DNA of 53,941 nucleotides from Bacillales bacterium (GCA_031554215.1 JAVBKF010000121.1:1-53941), one strand, 5' to 3'. Counted from the stretch's first letter, positions 9,959 to 20,956 are shown. The notes: generated by a model from the letters alone, not told the origin. Numbers and translations are program-made.

Positions 9959-10511
9959 TTGAGAAACCTCGCTTTACTGTTGAAACATTAAATTTAAGAT
10001 AGCGAATGAAAATTTTCACCATAAATTGTGTAGCAAACTTCATCCCAATTAGAATAAACATGCCAATACCGAACAGCGTAAATGATAAGAACAGTTCAAA
10101 AGCTTCAAAACCTGCTTCGGAAAGAAACCAGTCAATGAAAACAAGAAATGGCGACAAAAGAAATGATGCACCAATTGCCCAACCAGAAAATAGCAATGAA
10201 ACAATGACAATTAATAACCAGACGACAATAAATAAATTTAGAAAGCCGAGCCCAACAACGGCTATAATAGCACGTCCTAAATTTCCCGCATTTGGCTTCT
10301 CTTCCACCTTCTCAACGTGGTACACGGATAAAATTTCTTTCGCAATCTGTTTCGGTGACCCGAGACTCTTACTCACCTCTTCTTCGGTTTTCCCGCCCTC
10401 GAGCCCGAAAGTAAAATGTTCTTCATAGTCACGGAGAATATCCTTTCGTTCGATTGGCGTCAATCGAGATAATGACTTTTCAAGTTGATTCATAAATTCC
10501 AATTTATTCAT
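9951..10511 (-). CDS. DUF1700 (HAAS domain) membrane protein, copy 1
   Basis: MNKLEFMNQLEKSL..L...ERKDIL.DYEEHF..G...GKTEEEV...LGSP; 8-bp ATGAATAA overlap with the padR stop. Confidence 0.9.
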   Translation of the reverse strand: MNKLEFMNQLEKSLSRLTPIERKDILRDYEEHFTFGLEGGKTEEEVSKSLGSPKQIAKEILSVYHVEKVEEKPNAGNLGRAIIAVVGLGFLNLFIVVWLLIVIVSLLFSGWAIGASFLLSPFLVFIDWFLSEAGFEAFELFLSFTLFGIGMFILIGMKFATQFMVKIFIRYLKFNVSTVKRGFSNE

Positions 10512-10827
10512 TGTTTTCACCAGCCTTAATAATTTGATTAACACCCTCGGAAAATTGTAACCACTCGGCAACTTGCTGTTCTAAGTATTCTTTCCCCTTT
10601 GTCAATAACCGATAGTACTTTCTAGGCGGACCCTCGGATGATTCTTGCAAATAGGTTGTAAAGTATTCCTCACTACCGAGTCGTCTTAAAAGGGGATAAA
10701 CGGTCCCTTCAGAAATTTCAATATGCGTTGAAATCTCTTGGACAAGTTCATAACCGTAGCAATCACGTTTATCAAGAATCGCAAGAACACAAAGCTCTAA
10801 AACGCCCTTTTTGAATTGTACATTCAT
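10504..10827 (-). CDS. PadR-family regulator (Listeria LltR/Lmo0599-like), copy 1
   Basis: QFKKGVLELCVL...YGYEL...EGTVYPLLRRL...GPPRKYY. Confidence 0.93.
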   Translation of the reverse strand: MNVQFKKGVLELCVLAILDKRDCYGYELVQEISTHIEISEGTVYPLLRRLGSEEYFTTYLQESSEGPPRKYYRLLTKGKEYLEQQVAEWLQFSEGVNQIIKAGENNE

Positions 10828-10856
10828 TTCGATCTTCCTTTCTCGTTCAAGCCGGA

Positions 10857-10926
10857 ACTACTGTTTAATATCCAGTACCTGCTTAGCTATAATATATCAT
10901 ACACTATTGCATAATGCAAGGTACTG
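10857..10926 (-). promoter_or_regulatory. sigmaA promoter and putative PadR operators, copy 1
   Basis: TTGCAT (10919-10914)-17-TATATT (10896-10891) with TG extension; dyad TACTG-N9-CAGTA at 10859-10877; conserved in copy 2. Confidence 0.7.
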
Positions 10927-11064
10927 ATTTTTAGAAGATGATGTTCGGCATAATTAGACTACCGTCTGGTTTCTTTCACTTGCTAATGAAATGGCGTATC
11001 TGCCTGCCCCTACGACAACTACAAAAACGCCATTTCACTCTATGCTAAACAAATAAATCCTGAT

Positions 11065-11958
11065 TTAAAATGAAGCATCAACCTTAATCCTTCCATTACT
11101 TGCTTTCAGCTTCACTAAAGTACTTCCGTTACCAATGACAGCATCACCATCATATTGATCCAAAATGTCTACACTACCGTTATCTGTCTCTACATCAAAA
11201 CGAATATCTGTCGGCTGGGTTTTTGTATTGATAACAATCTCACCATTTTCCGATTCAAAATCCATTGATTGTGTGATTTCATCAACATTGACTGTGATTC
11301 GGCCGTTATCAACGGAACCATAAAGCTCACCGGTTACATTGTTTAATTCAATCGCGCCATTTTCGGAGTCAGTTATTATTTTCCCAGCATTCACATTACT
11401 AACTTCAACTTTTCCGTTATCTGATTCAAATGTTGCCGTTTCGCTGTTCAGATTGCTGGCAACAATCCGGCCATTATCTGTGGAAATATTGATGTCCTTT
11501 GCTGCAAATCCGTCGATATCAATGAAGCCATTTCCTTGAGAAATTGAAATTGACTGGTACTCCTTTTCCGGGAGATATACTTTTAGTGTTAGCGGGTGCA
11601 AAATTTCACGCCAGTTGAATTCAAACCAACCATCGTCAGGTGCATAATCAATCACTAATTTCCCATTTGATGACGACGTCTTCACATCATCTACTTGCCC
11701 GTCCTTACTTTCACCAACAAGCTCAGTCCGAATTTCAGTCCCAGCAGTAGGAATCACCTCAAGCCGAACTTCACTTGAGCTCGCTGATATAGCATCATCA
11801 GTGTTAATCACGATATCTGTGAAGCCATCATCTGGAATGGTGTTCTTAACAGATACTTCCTCATACTCAAAATAATCCCCTGCTGTCATTGACATGCCCA
11901 GCAAGCCAAACATAAACGTAACGAGTGCAATCGCAGATAATAGTTTAATTTTATTCAT
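11065..11958 (-). CDS. DUF4097 beta-strand repeat protein, copy 2
   Basis: Paralogue of 9089..9958. Confidence 0.85.
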   Translation of the reverse strand: MNKIKLLSAIALVTFMFGLLGMSMTAGDYFEYEEVSVKNTIPDDGFTDIVINTDDAISASSSEVRLEVIPTAGTEIRTELVGESKDGQVDDVKTSSSNGKLVIDYAPDDGWFEFNWREILHPLTLKVYLPEKEYQSISISQGNGFIDIDGFAAKDINISTDNGRIVASNLNSETATFESDNGKVEVSNVNAGKIITDSENGAIELNNVTGELYGSVDNGRITVNVDEITQSMDFESENGEIVINTKTQPTDIRFDVETDNGSVDILDQYDGDAVIGNGSTLVKLKASNGRIKVDASF

Positions 11959-12511
11959 TTGAAAAACCTCGCTTTACTGTTGATACATTAAATCTAAGAT
12001 AGCGAATAAAGATTTTCACTATAAATTGTGTTGCAAACTTCATGCCTATGAGAATAAACATGCCAATTCCAAACAGGGTAAACGATAAGAATAGTTCAAA
12101 TGCTTCAAAACCTGCTTCGGAAAGGAGCCAGTCAATCAATACGAGTATTGGTGATAATAGAAACGACGCACCAATCGCCCAACCAGAAAATAGTAACGAA
12201 ACAACTATGATCAGTAACCAAAAGACGATAAATAGATTCAAAAAACCAAGTCCAACGACTGCGATAACCGCGCGTCCTACATTTCCTGCACTCGGCTTCT
12301 CTTCAGCCTTTTCAACATGATAGATTGATAAAATCTCTTTCGCAATCTGTTTTGGCGACCCTAAATTCTTACTCACTTCTTCTTCGGTTTTCCCGCCCTC
12401 GAGCCCGAAAGTAAAATGTTCCTCATAGTCACGGAGAATATCCTTTCGTTCGTTTGGCGTCAATCGAGATAATGACTTTTCAAGTTGATTAATAAATTCC
12501 AATTTATTCAT
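11951..12511 (-). CDS. DUF1700 membrane protein, copy 2
   Basis: Near-identical protein to 9951..10511. Confidence 0.9.
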   Translation of the reverse strand: MNKLEFINQLEKSLSRLTPNERKDILRDYEEHFTFGLEGGKTEEEVSKNLGSPKQIAKEILSIYHVEKAEEKPSAGNVGRAVIAVVGLGFLNLFIVFWLLIIVVSLLFSGWAIGASFLLSPILVLIDWLLSEAGFEAFELFLSFTLFGIGMFILIGMKFATQFIVKIFIRYLRFNVSTVKRGFSNE

Positions 12512-12827
12512 TGTTTTCACCAGCCTTAATAATTTGATTAACACCCTCGGAGAATTGTAACCACTCGGCAACTTGCCGTTCTAAATAATCTTTTCCCTTT
12601 GTCAATAACCGATAGTACTTTCTAGGTGGACCCTCGGATGATTCCTGCAAATAGGTTGTAAAGTATTCCTCATTACCGAGTCGTCTTAAAAGCGGATAAA
12701 CGGTCCCTTCAGAAATTTCAATATGCGTTGAAATCTCTTGGACAAGTTCATAACCGTAGCAATCACGTTTATCGAGGATCGCCAGAACACAAAGCTCTAA
12801 AACGCCTTTTTTGAATTGTACATTCAT
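12504..12827 (-). CDS. PadR-family regulator, copy 2
   Basis: Differs from copy 1 at 3 residues; same AAAGGAAG RBS. Confidence 0.93.
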   Translation of the reverse strand: MNVQFKKGVLELCVLAILDKRDCYGYELVQEISTHIEISEGTVYPLLRRLGNEEYFTTYLQESSEGPPRKYYRLLTKGKDYLERQVAEWLQFSEGVNQIIKAGENNE

Positions 12828-12900
12828 TTCGATCTTCCTTTCTCGGACCATATCCAATACCTCAAAGGGTGCTGGAAAAAGTGTAATATCATAATCCGGC

Positions 12901-12970
12901 ACTACTGTTTAATGTCCAGTACCTGCTTAACTATAATATAACATACACTATTACATTATGCAAGGTACTG
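12901..12970 (-). promoter_or_regulatory. sigmaA promoter and putative PadR operators, copy 2
   Basis: TTGCAT (12963-12958)-17-TATATT (12940-12935); TACTG-N9-CAGTA at 12903-12921. Confidence 0.7.
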
Positions 12971-13068
12971 TGCAAAAAAAAATCCACAATCCTCATTGGA
13001 CGTGGAATATCGTGCATTGATTGAGCGCATTTACTCTCATCAGCCTGTTTGCCATAGAGCAATGAACC

Positions 13069-13965
13069 CTACACTTCTTCAAAATATGGATTCAAATGAA
13101 TCAACACTTCTTTGACATTCGGGTGCCTTTCCATAAGGGTTGTCTTGATTTCCCGCGCGAGATCGTGCCCTTGCTTAATTGATTTATCATGCATAATTGA
13201 AATGCGCAGGTCAATGTAAATATTCTGCCCATGTTCCCGCGCCCGAAGCCCATCAATTCTACGCACTTCAGGGAATGAACGAATAATCACCTTAAATGCG
13301 TCAAGCATATCTTGATCAACCATTCGGTCAAGCAATATATCAAATGAATCCACCAACATCGTCCGGGCAATTTTGAAAATTAAATAGGAAACGAAAATAC
13401 CGGCAACAAGGTCACCATAGAGTAAGACAGTGATATCAAATTTCGCCCCAATCACTGAAACAAGAATACCGATTGCCGCCGCTAAACTCGCAACAATATC
13501 AGCTTTATGATCAAGGGCAATCGCTTCAATCGCTTTGCTATGATGCTTTTCTGCCGTATTAATTGACGTTCGATAAAGTGCGATTTTCGCAACATAAGAA
13601 ATTAATGCGGCCCAAAGTGCAACCATCTGAGGTGAACGTACTTCATGGAACAAACCGCTAATGGCTTCAACAATGATATATAAAGAAACTAATAATAAAA
13701 TTAAACCAACAAGTCCAGAAACAATTACTTCAGCCTTGCCATGCCCATACGGGTGTTCATCATCTGCAGGTTGGCTAGCAAATTTAATCACCAATAGCAC
13801 AATCACCGAAGCGAAAACATCTGCTGCTGAGTGAATCCCATCTGCAAATAGCGCATCTGAATGTGCCACGAGTCCGGTACTCACTTTCCCAACCGTTAAA
13901 ATAATATTACTGACTAAACTAATCCAAGCAACTTTAACAACAATTGATTCGCGACTACCAACCAA
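13069..13965 (-). CDS. Cation diffusion facilitator (FieF/MneP-like) metal exporter
   Basis: SDALFADGIHSAAD, PADDEHPYGHGKAE, DHKAD, C-terminal GHD...IHLNP. Confidence 0.92.
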   Translation of the reverse strand: MVGSRESIVVKVAWISLVSNIILTVGKVSTGLVAHSDALFADGIHSAADVFASVIVLLVIKFASQPADDEHPYGHGKAEVIVSGLVGLILLLVSLYIIVEAISGLFHEVRSPQMVALWAALISYVAKIALYRTSINTAEKHHSKAIEAIALDHKADIVASLAAAIGILVSVIGAKFDITVLLYGDLVAGIFVSYLIFKIARTMLVDSFDILLDRMVDQDMLDAFKVIIRSFPEVRRIDGLRAREHGQNIYIDLRISIMHDKSIKQGHDLAREIKTTLMERHPNVKEVLIHLNPYFEEV

Positions 13966-14028
13966 TATTCACGTCCCCCCAAAATTCACGATACATTATT
14001 TCTTCAAAAAACTGACCTGTTTGTAGCA

Positions 14029-14976
14029 TTAATCTCCAAAATAATTCTTCTTCCAAAACCAAATGGCCGTAATTGTGGACATCAATAAAGCAATCACCAG
14101 CACGATATAAAATCCAGCAGGATTATCAGCAAAAGGCAACCCTTCCACATTCATGCCAAAGAAACTAGAAACAATTGTTGGAAAAGAAATAATGATCGTA
14201 ATGGATGCTAAGAACTTCATCACAATATTCAAGTTATTTGAAATAACCGAAGCGAAAGCATCCTGAGTATTACTTAAAATAGTTGAATACGTCTCAACCA
14301 TCTCGATCGCCTGGGTGTTATCAATAATGACATCCTCCAGTAAATCTTTATCTTCCTCATACATCTTCAAGTAGTTCAATCGTAATAGCTTTTGCAAAAC
14401 AATCTTATTTGATTTGAGTGATGTCGTAAAATAAACCAATGATTTTTCGAGTGCCATCAATGTGAATAATTCTCTATTCCGCAACTTTGCATGGAGTTCA
14501 CGCTCTACTTCATTTGTCTTCTTGCTAATTTGTTTCAGATAACGCAAATAATAATTTGAGATAGAATAGAGGATTTGCAGGACAAACCTTGTTTTTTTGT
14601 AAGGAAAAATACCGCGGATTTTATTGTTGACAACATCAACGAGAAACGGACATTCGATCAATGAAACAGTGACAATGCACTGCTCAGCAATAATGAGTCC
14701 AATCGGCATTGTCTCATAGATGGGAAATCCGGATTCATCATGTGTCAAATAAGGAAAGTCAACGAGAATGAGTACATTCTCATCTTCACGCTCAACACGA
14801 GATCGTTCTTCATCATCGAGTGCATCCTTGAAGAAGTCAAATGGAATACCCAGTTTTGACACAATTAAATTGATTTCCTGTTCATTGGGTGCAATCATAT
14901 CAACCCAACACCCTTTAGTAAAGGCTTCTACCTCACGAATTTTGTTTTGTTCATCAAGACTAAAATAGGATAACAT
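14029..14976 (-). CDS. corA: CorA-family Mg2+/Co2+ transporter
   Basis: FGMNV signature and two C-terminal TMs; AGAAGGAGGG RBS before ATG 14976. Confidence 0.92.
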   Translation of the reverse strand: MLSYFSLDEQNKIREVEAFTKGCWVDMIAPNEQEINLIVSKLGIPFDFFKDALDDEERSRVEREDENVLILVDFPYLTHDESGFPIYETMPIGLIIAEQCIVTVSLIECPFLVDVVNNKIRGIFPYKKTRFVLQILYSISNYYLRYLKQISKKTNEVERELHAKLRNRELFTLMALEKSLVYFTTSLKSNKIVLQKLLRLNYLKMYEEDKDLLEDVIIDNTQAIEMVETYSTILSNTQDAFASVISNNLNIVMKFLASITIIISFPTIVSSFFGMNVEGLPFADNPAGFYIVLVIALLMSTITAIWFWKKNYFGD

Positions 14977-15103
14977 GATTTCCCTCCTTCTGAGTCTATC
15001 CATCCCCGAAAAACGGGCCCCGCTCGACTGTGAGATGTACTACAAAAACAATTCTTTACCGAAAATAGGTCGTCTAGTGGCATCCGGGTAGACAAGGCAC
15101 CAA

Positions 15104-15130
15104 AGAAAAAATGGGTAATCACCCATTTTT
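15104..15130. terminator. Perfect hairpin with flanking A/T runs upstream of corA
   Basis: AAAAATGGGT-aatc-ACCCATTTTT. Confidence 0.7.
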
Positions 15131-15249
15131 ACTAACGATATCTCCAAAGAAGTGCTGCTTCTTAGTCAATTCATACACAATTACAACACTTCTATTTTAT
15201 ACTGAACAACCACAAATGAAAACAACAAGTTTTGCAAAACAAAGCAAAC

Positions 15250-18200
15250 TTATGCGTCTGTCAGTACATGCTTCATAGCTCGCGCTTCTGCATCCGCATG
15301 TTTGTAATCGACAACTTGTTTTGCCTTCAAATTCTCCTCTGCCTGTGTCAGCATCAATTTAATCCGGTTGAGCTGATTCACCTCAGAGGCACCCGCATCA
15401 TAATCAATGGCAATTACATTCGATTCTGGATACTGCCGCTTCAACTCTTGAATTACGCCTTTCCCGGTAATATGATTTGGCAAGCACCCAAATGGCTGCA
15501 GACAAACAATGTTAGGCGTATTCGTGTGAATTAATTCGACCATTTCACCTGTGAGGAACCAACCTTCACCGGTCTGATTACACAATGAAACAATTGGCTC
15601 TGCTAGTTTTGCGATCTCATCAATCGTTTTCGGCTCATCAAACCGCTTACTTTTTCGTAAGGCGGATTTGAGACAATTACGATAATAACCAATCACCTGA
15701 ATCCCGACTTTCGAGAAAAGCTCCGCCTTCCGGCTACCACCGAGGAACTTCCGCTTCGTCGAAAAGTCATAGAATCCATAGAGAAGAAAATCAGTGAAGT
15801 CTGGCAAAACAGCCTCAGCACCCAAATGCTCAAGTTGCGTGACAATATCATTATTCGCCGTCGGATTATACTTCACAAGAATTTCACCGACAACCCCAAC
15901 GCGCGGCTTGGCAATATCATAGAGCGGAAGCTCATCGAATTCCCTGACAATCGCCTGGATATTCTTTTTAAAAGCAGCACGGTCTCCGGTCTTGACCGAT
16001 TCTTTACAAACCCCATTCCACTTCTGAAATAACTGGTCAGCACTCCCCTGTACCGCTTCATACGGCCGTGTCCGGTAAAGAACACGCATTAATAAATCGC
16101 CGTAAGTAATCGCCTGAAAGCTCTTATTCAGCAGTGACCTTGAAATTGTAAAGCCCGGATTCTTCTCGATGCCTTGTGAGGAAAGCGAGATGACTGGTAC
16201 ATGGGCAAACCCAGCACGCTCTAGCCCCTTACGAATGAAACTAATGTAATTTGACCCACGGCAACCACCGCCCGTTTGGCTGACAATCACGGAAGTATTA
16301 TTGGTATCATACTTGCCTGACTGAAGCGCACCCAGAATTTGCCCGACAACAATAAACGACGGGAAACATGCATCATTATGAACAAACTTCAGTCCAGTAT
16401 CAATCGCCTCACGTTCAAACTCTGGCAAGACGACTAACTGATAGCCATTCACCTTAAAAGCCTCTTTCAGCACATCAAAGTGAATTGGAGATAGTTGCGG
16501 ACAAAGTATCGTATGTTCCTTCTTCATTTCTTCGGTAAAAATCACTCTCGGCTTCTGCTTCGTTGGTGCTTCTGTCAGCTCAACATGATTCGCTTTTCGT
16601 TCCCTCACAGCCGAGAATAATGAGCGAATCCGAATCCGGGCAGCCCCAAGATTATTAACTTCATCAATTTTGATACATGTATATAATTTCCCTGTTTTCT
16701 CTAAAATATCGCCCACTTCATCTGTGGTAATCGCGTCGAGGCCACAACCAAATGAATTTAATTGGACGTAATCTAGATTCTCCTGCGAACGAACAAAGCT
16801 AGCCGCTTTGTAGAGACGTGAATGGTATGCCCACTGATCAAGAACCATTAGCGGTCTAATCACTTCACCGAGATGTGCCACACTATCCTCTGTCAGAACA
16901 GCAACGCCGAATCCTGCGATCAGTTCCGGGATCCCATGATTAATTTCAGGATCAATATGATAAGGCCGTCCGGCAAGCACAATCCCGCGCAAGTTATTTT
17001 CCTTCAGATAGGCAAGTGTTTCCTCACCTTTTTCTCTAATATCAGCATGATAAACGGCATATTCTTCAAACGCTGCTTCAATGGCAGCGACTGTTTCTGA
17101 TTTACCAATACCAAACGCTTTCATTTCTGCTACTAAACGTTTAATAAACGCTGGCCGATTATGGAAGCTAAAGAACGGATTCTTATAGACAATATCCTTC
17201 TCGCGCAAATCTTCGACGTTGTTGCGAATATTTTCCGAATACGATGTGACAATTGGACAATTAAAACAATTATCAGCTTCTGGAATTTCTTTTTCTTCGT
17301 TCGTGATGCTCGGGTACCAAATCGTTTTGATCCCTTTATTGATCAAGTACTGGATATGCCCATGAACCAACTTAGCTGGATAGCAAGCCGACTCACTCGG
17401 AATTGATTCAATCCCAAGCTCATACGTCTTTCTCGTTGTCTTCGGAGACAATTCAACACGGAAACCCAGTTTTGTGAAAAACGTCGCCCAAAGTGGATAA
17501 TTTTCATACATGTTTAGCACACGCGGTATCCCAATCGTTCCGCGGGGTGCTTCTACTTCAGGCAATGGTTCATAGTCAAAAACACGGTTCAGTTTATACT
17601 CATACAGGTTTGGTACTTTCGTCTTTCGCACCACACCAGCGCCGCGTTCACAGCGATTTCCGGTTACGAAACGTCGCCCACCTGAAAAAGTATTAATCGT
17701 GAGCAGGCAGTTATTATTACAAAGCTTACAACGCCCTAGCTTATGCTTAATCTCAAGATTGTTCATCGCTTCTCGGCTAATGAGCGTTGTTTGATAGCCC
17801 TCCTCATAAGCATGACTGGCAATCAGCGCTGAACCAAAAGCCCCCATGATTCCAGCAATATCGGGACGAATTACTTCCCGTTCTGAGAGAACCTCAAAGG
17901 CACGCAGAACCGACTCATTATAGAAAGTCCCACCTTGTACAACGACTTTTTCCCCAATATCCCGAGGGTCAGTTAGTTTAATCACCTTTTGCAAGGCGTT
18001 TTTAATAACAGAATAAGAAAGCCCAGCTGAAATATCTGCCACTTCTGCGCCTTCCTTCTGCGCTTGCTTGACACGTGAATTCATAAAGACAGTACAACGT
18101 GAACCAAGATCAATTGGGTTCTTCGACTCTAAAGCAATTGCCGCGAAATCTTCAATCGAATAATTTAAACTCTTGGCAAATGTCTCAATAAATGAGCCAC

Positions 18201-19530
18201 AACCAGCAGAACAGGCTTCATTGAGTAAAATGGTATGAATAGCGCCGTCCTTGATGCGCAAACACTTCATATCCTGTCCGCCAATGTCCAAGATGAAGTC
18301 AACTTCCGGCTCAAAAAAGCTAGCACCCTTATAGTGCGCCACTGTTTCAATCTCACCTAAATCAACTTGCAAAGCAGCCTGCAGGAGGCTCTCCCCATAT
18401 CCTGTTACACAACTGTTTCGGATCACAGCCGTCTCTGGCAATAAGTCATACACCTCATTGAGTGCCTGAATCGTTGTCTTGATTGGGTCGCCTTGATTAC
18501 TGGAATAATATGAATGTAGCAATTCGCCCTTATCTGAAATGAGGGCAATCTTTGTCGTTGTTGAACCAGCATCAATCCCTAAGAAAACATCACCTGAGTA
18601 GGATTCCAGTAGTCTCTTCTCTACTTTCGCCCGCTTATGACGTGTACGAAAAGCCTCGTAATCAGCTTCATCTTTAAACAAGTTTGCCATTCTGGCAATT
18701 TCAAATTCAACTGTCTTGTTTTCTTTCAGATTTGCTAGCAGTTCAGAAAATTGAATCCGATCTGTTTCTTTCGCATTCAGCGCTGAACCAAGTGCCGCAT
18801 ACAAATGTGAATCTGTCGGTACGACAACATTTGCTTCAGTGAGTTTCAACGTGTCAATAAATCGCTCTTTGAGCTCAGGCAGAAAATGCAGTGGACCGCC
18901 AAGAAAGCAGACATTACCCCGGATTGGCTTTCCGCAAGCAAGACCACTGATTGTCTGACTAACAACTGCTTGAAAAATACTCGCAGCTAAATCCTCATGT
19001 TTCGCCCCTTCATTAATGAGCGGCTGAATATCTGTTTTCGCAAACACACCACAGCGTGCAGCAATTGGATAAATTGTTTGATAACCGACAGCGAGATCAT
19101 TCAGCCCTTTCGCATCTGTCTTGAGGAGTGAAGCCATTTGGTCGATAAATGCGCCCGTTCCACCAGCACAAATGCCATTCATCCGTTGCTCGAGTCCACC
19201 AGTTAAATAGATGATTTTCGCATCTTCACCGCCAATTTCAATGGCGACATCTGTATGACTGGCAAACTCTTTTAGTGCTTTCGTTACCGCAATCACTTCC
19301 TGTAAATGAGGTACTTTCAGTGATTTAGAAAGCGTTAAACCGCCAGAACCGGTGAGAACCGCATTGACGGAAACATTGCCAATACTGTCGTAGCAACGTT
19401 TTAACTCATCAAACAATGTTTCTTTAATATTTGAGAAATGTCTGGTGTAGTTTTTATACAAAATTGTATTCATTTGATCAATGACAACCATTTTGATTGT
19501 CGTTGAGCCAATGTCAATTCCTAATCGCAA
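15250..19530 (-). CDS. plsA: Fused 2-hydroxyacyl-CoA dehydratase activator/reductase-like Fe-S protein; probable anaerobic plasmalogen synthase
   Basis: Two BadF/BadG/BcrA/BcrD ATPase domains ([22 protein letters not shown]; [22 protein letters not shown]), CxxCxNxC linker, DUF2229-like region ([16 protein letters not shown]), C-terminal [20 protein letters not shown]. Confidence 0.8.
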   Translation of the reverse strand: MRLGIDIGSTTIKMVVIDQMNTILYKNYTRHFSNIKETLFDELKRCYDSIGNVSVNAVLTGSGGLTLSKSLKVPHLQEVIAVTKALKEFASHTDVAIEIGGEDAKIIYLTGGLEQRMNGICAGGTGAFIDQMASLLKTDAKGLNDLAVGYQTIYPIAARCGVFAKTDIQPLINEGAKHEDLAASIFQAVVSQTISGLACGKPIRGNVCFLGGPLHFLPELKERFIDTLKLTEANVVVPTDSHLYAALGSALNAKETDRIQFSELLANLKENKTVEFEIARMANLFKDEADYEAFRTRHKRAKVEKRLLESYSGDVFLGIDAGSTTTKIALISDKGELLHSYYSSNQGDPIKTTIQALNEVYDLLPETAVIRNSCVTGYGESLLQAALQVDLGEIETVAHYKGASFFEPEVDFILDIGGQDMKCLRIKDGAIHTILLNEACSAGCGSFIETFAKSLNYSIEDFAAIALESKNPIDLGSRCTVFMNSRVKQAQKEGAEVADISAGLSYSVIKNALQKVIKLTDPRDIGEKVVVQGGTFYNESVLRAFEVLSEREVIRPDIAGIMGAFGSALIASHAYEEGYQTTLISREAMNNLEIKHKLGRCKLCNNNCLLTINTFSGGRRFVTGNRCERGAGVVRKTKVPNLYEYKLNRVFDYEPLPEVEAPRGTIGIPRVLNMYENYPLWATFFTKLGFRVELSPKTTRKTYELGIESIPSESACYPAKLVHGHIQYLINKGIKTIWYPSITNEEKEIPEADNCFNCPIVTSYSENIRNNVEDLREKDIVYKNPFFSFHNRPAFIKRLVAEMKAFGIGKSETVAAIEAAFEEYAVYHADIREKGEETLAYLKENNLRGIVLAGRPYHIDPEINHGIPELIAGFGVAVLTEDSVAHLGEVIRPLMVLDQWAYHSRLYKAASFVRSQENLDYVQLNSFGCGLDAITTDEVGDILEKTGKLYTCIKIDEVNNLGAARIRIRSLFSAVRERKANHVELTEAPTKQKPRVIFTEEMKKEHTILCPQLSPIHFDVLKEAFKVNGYQLVVLPEFEREAIDTGLKFVHNDACFPSFIVVGQILGALQSGKYDTNNTSVIVSQTGGGCRGSNYISFIRKGLERAGFAHVPVISLSSQGIEKNPGFTISRSLLNKSFQAITYGDLLMRVLYRTRPYEAVQGSADQLFQKWNGVCKESVKTGDRAAFKKNIQAIVREFDELPLYDIAKPRVGVVGEILVKYNPTANNDIVTQLEHLGAEAVLPDFTDFLLYGFYDFSTKRKFLGGSRKAELFSKVGIQVIGYYRNCLKSALRKSKRFDEPKTIDEIAKLAEPIVSLCNQTGEGWFLTGEMVELIHTNTPNIVCLQPFGCLPNHITGKGVIQELKRQYPESNVIAIDYDAGASEVNQLNRIKLMLTQAEENLKAKQVVDYKHADAEARAMKHVLTDA

Positions 19531-20090
19531 ATCCGTGCACTCCTTTCACAACTTGATCTTCTATAACAAAGCTATAACATCCCGATAAGTGTAGTATCAG
19601 AGGCAAACGTGCAGGCCCCACCACACTTTATTCGATCATACAGCTGAATCTTCATTTCAACACGAATGAAATCATCCCTTACGAATGATTCTTCATTAAA
19701 AGCATATATCTTTATTATACATGAAAAACCTTGAAGCCGTTTTCTAATTCTTTTGAGATAAGAGACAAATGAACAGGCCATTGTAGCTGTGAAAATTCAA
19801 GCCTATGCCGATTTTGTCAACAATCAAATAAAAGAAGATGACAAGATACACGCGCCTTTGTTCACGTATACCAAAAAACACTTCAATCCTTTTCAGAAAA
19901 ACACAGCAATACCTCTCGTGTAACAAAAAATGTTCCCTAATAAGAATAATTCTTACCAAGCAAAATAACAACCCTTTAAAACTATTTTTTTGACTTAAAA
20001 TCATCAATAAGTTAATTGCTATTGTAAAAGGCGCAATTAAAATCTATTTCTCAATTTCTTTGACAAATTACAACCTATTGGAGGAACAAA

Positions 20091-20624
20091 ATGAATACTT
20101 GGAATTGGCAAGTGGACACTGCCCATAGTGCAGTTGATTTTTCTGTACGACATCTGATGATATCGAAAGTTAAGGGCTGTTTCAATGAATTTACTGCGAC
20201 CATTGAAGCTGACCCTACTGACCTTACTACAGCCTCTATTTCTTTGGAAATCCAGACAGCTAGTGTCGACACACGTAATGCAGACCGCGATGCACATCTA
20301 TGCGGTGCAGACTTCTTTGATTGCCAGCAGCATCCTACTTTGACTTTTGTTGCAACGGAGATTTGCCAGATTGACAACGATCAGTATAGCGTTACGGGAG
20401 ATTGTACAATTTGCGGCGTTACTTGTAAGGAGACCTTTACAACCCATTACGCCGGGTCCAGTACTGATCCGTGGGGAAATGAAAAGATCGCTTTTACGGC
20501 TGAGGGATGTATCAACCGCTCTGACTATGGGCTTAAGTACAATGCAGCGCTGGAAACTGGTGGCGTCCTTATTAGCGACCTGGTGACGATTGCTATCGAA
20601 ATCCAGGCTAGTAGGACGGTTTAA
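20091..20624 (+). CDS. yceI: YceI-family lipid/polyisoprenoid-binding protein, Cys-rich
   Basis: W.VD.AHS.VDFSVRHLMISKVKG.F, SVDTRN..RDAHL...DFFD, DPWG; GGAGG RBS. Confidence 0.9.
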   Translation: MNTWNWQVDTAHSAVDFSVRHLMISKVKGCFNEFTATIEADPTDLTTASISLEIQTASVDTRNADRDAHLCGADFFDCQQHPTLTFVATEICQIDNDQYSVTGDCTICGVTCKETFTTHYAGSSTDPWGNEKIAFTAEGCINRSDYGLKYNAALETGGVLISDLVTIAIEIQASRTV

Positions 20625-20956
20625 CGCGCTGGGATTGAAAAGGAATTAGGCAAGGGATTGACAATGAGGGATTGCCTACTTGGTTTTTGGCACTTTCTTG
20701 TTTGTCAATCCGTAACCGATAAAGACTGGCTAATCAATTAATTGAAGACAACATTTCACAGGATAGCCCAAGGCGCTTGAAGCTTTGGGCTATTTGATAG
20801 AGGGATTCCACGCCTCGTGTGAAACACCTTCTACAAATGGTAAAATTTCCGATAGCTAGAATACTCAAAGAGCCCAATCAACATGAGTCATTGATCGAGC
20901 TCTTCTACAACTGTCAATCCTATTTGATAAAGTACCTCTTCATTTCGATGCTCCCA

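Larger units (their letters stand above)
9089..12970. repeat. Tandem duplication of the PadR-DUF1700-DUF4097 operon (~2.0-kb period)
   Basis: Gene junctions are offset by exactly 2000 bp (9951/11951, 10504/12504). Confidence 0.95.

Noticed and set aside
15004-15200. M-box (ykoK) riboswitch upstream of corA
   Set aside because: The TAGGTGAGGCT...TGCAGCT-type consensus is absent; kept only as an unknown leader.
15232-17696. Several short ORFs within the 1426-aa gene, and similar shadow ORFs elsewhere
   Set aside because: Antisense or out-of-frame shadows of well-supported genes.
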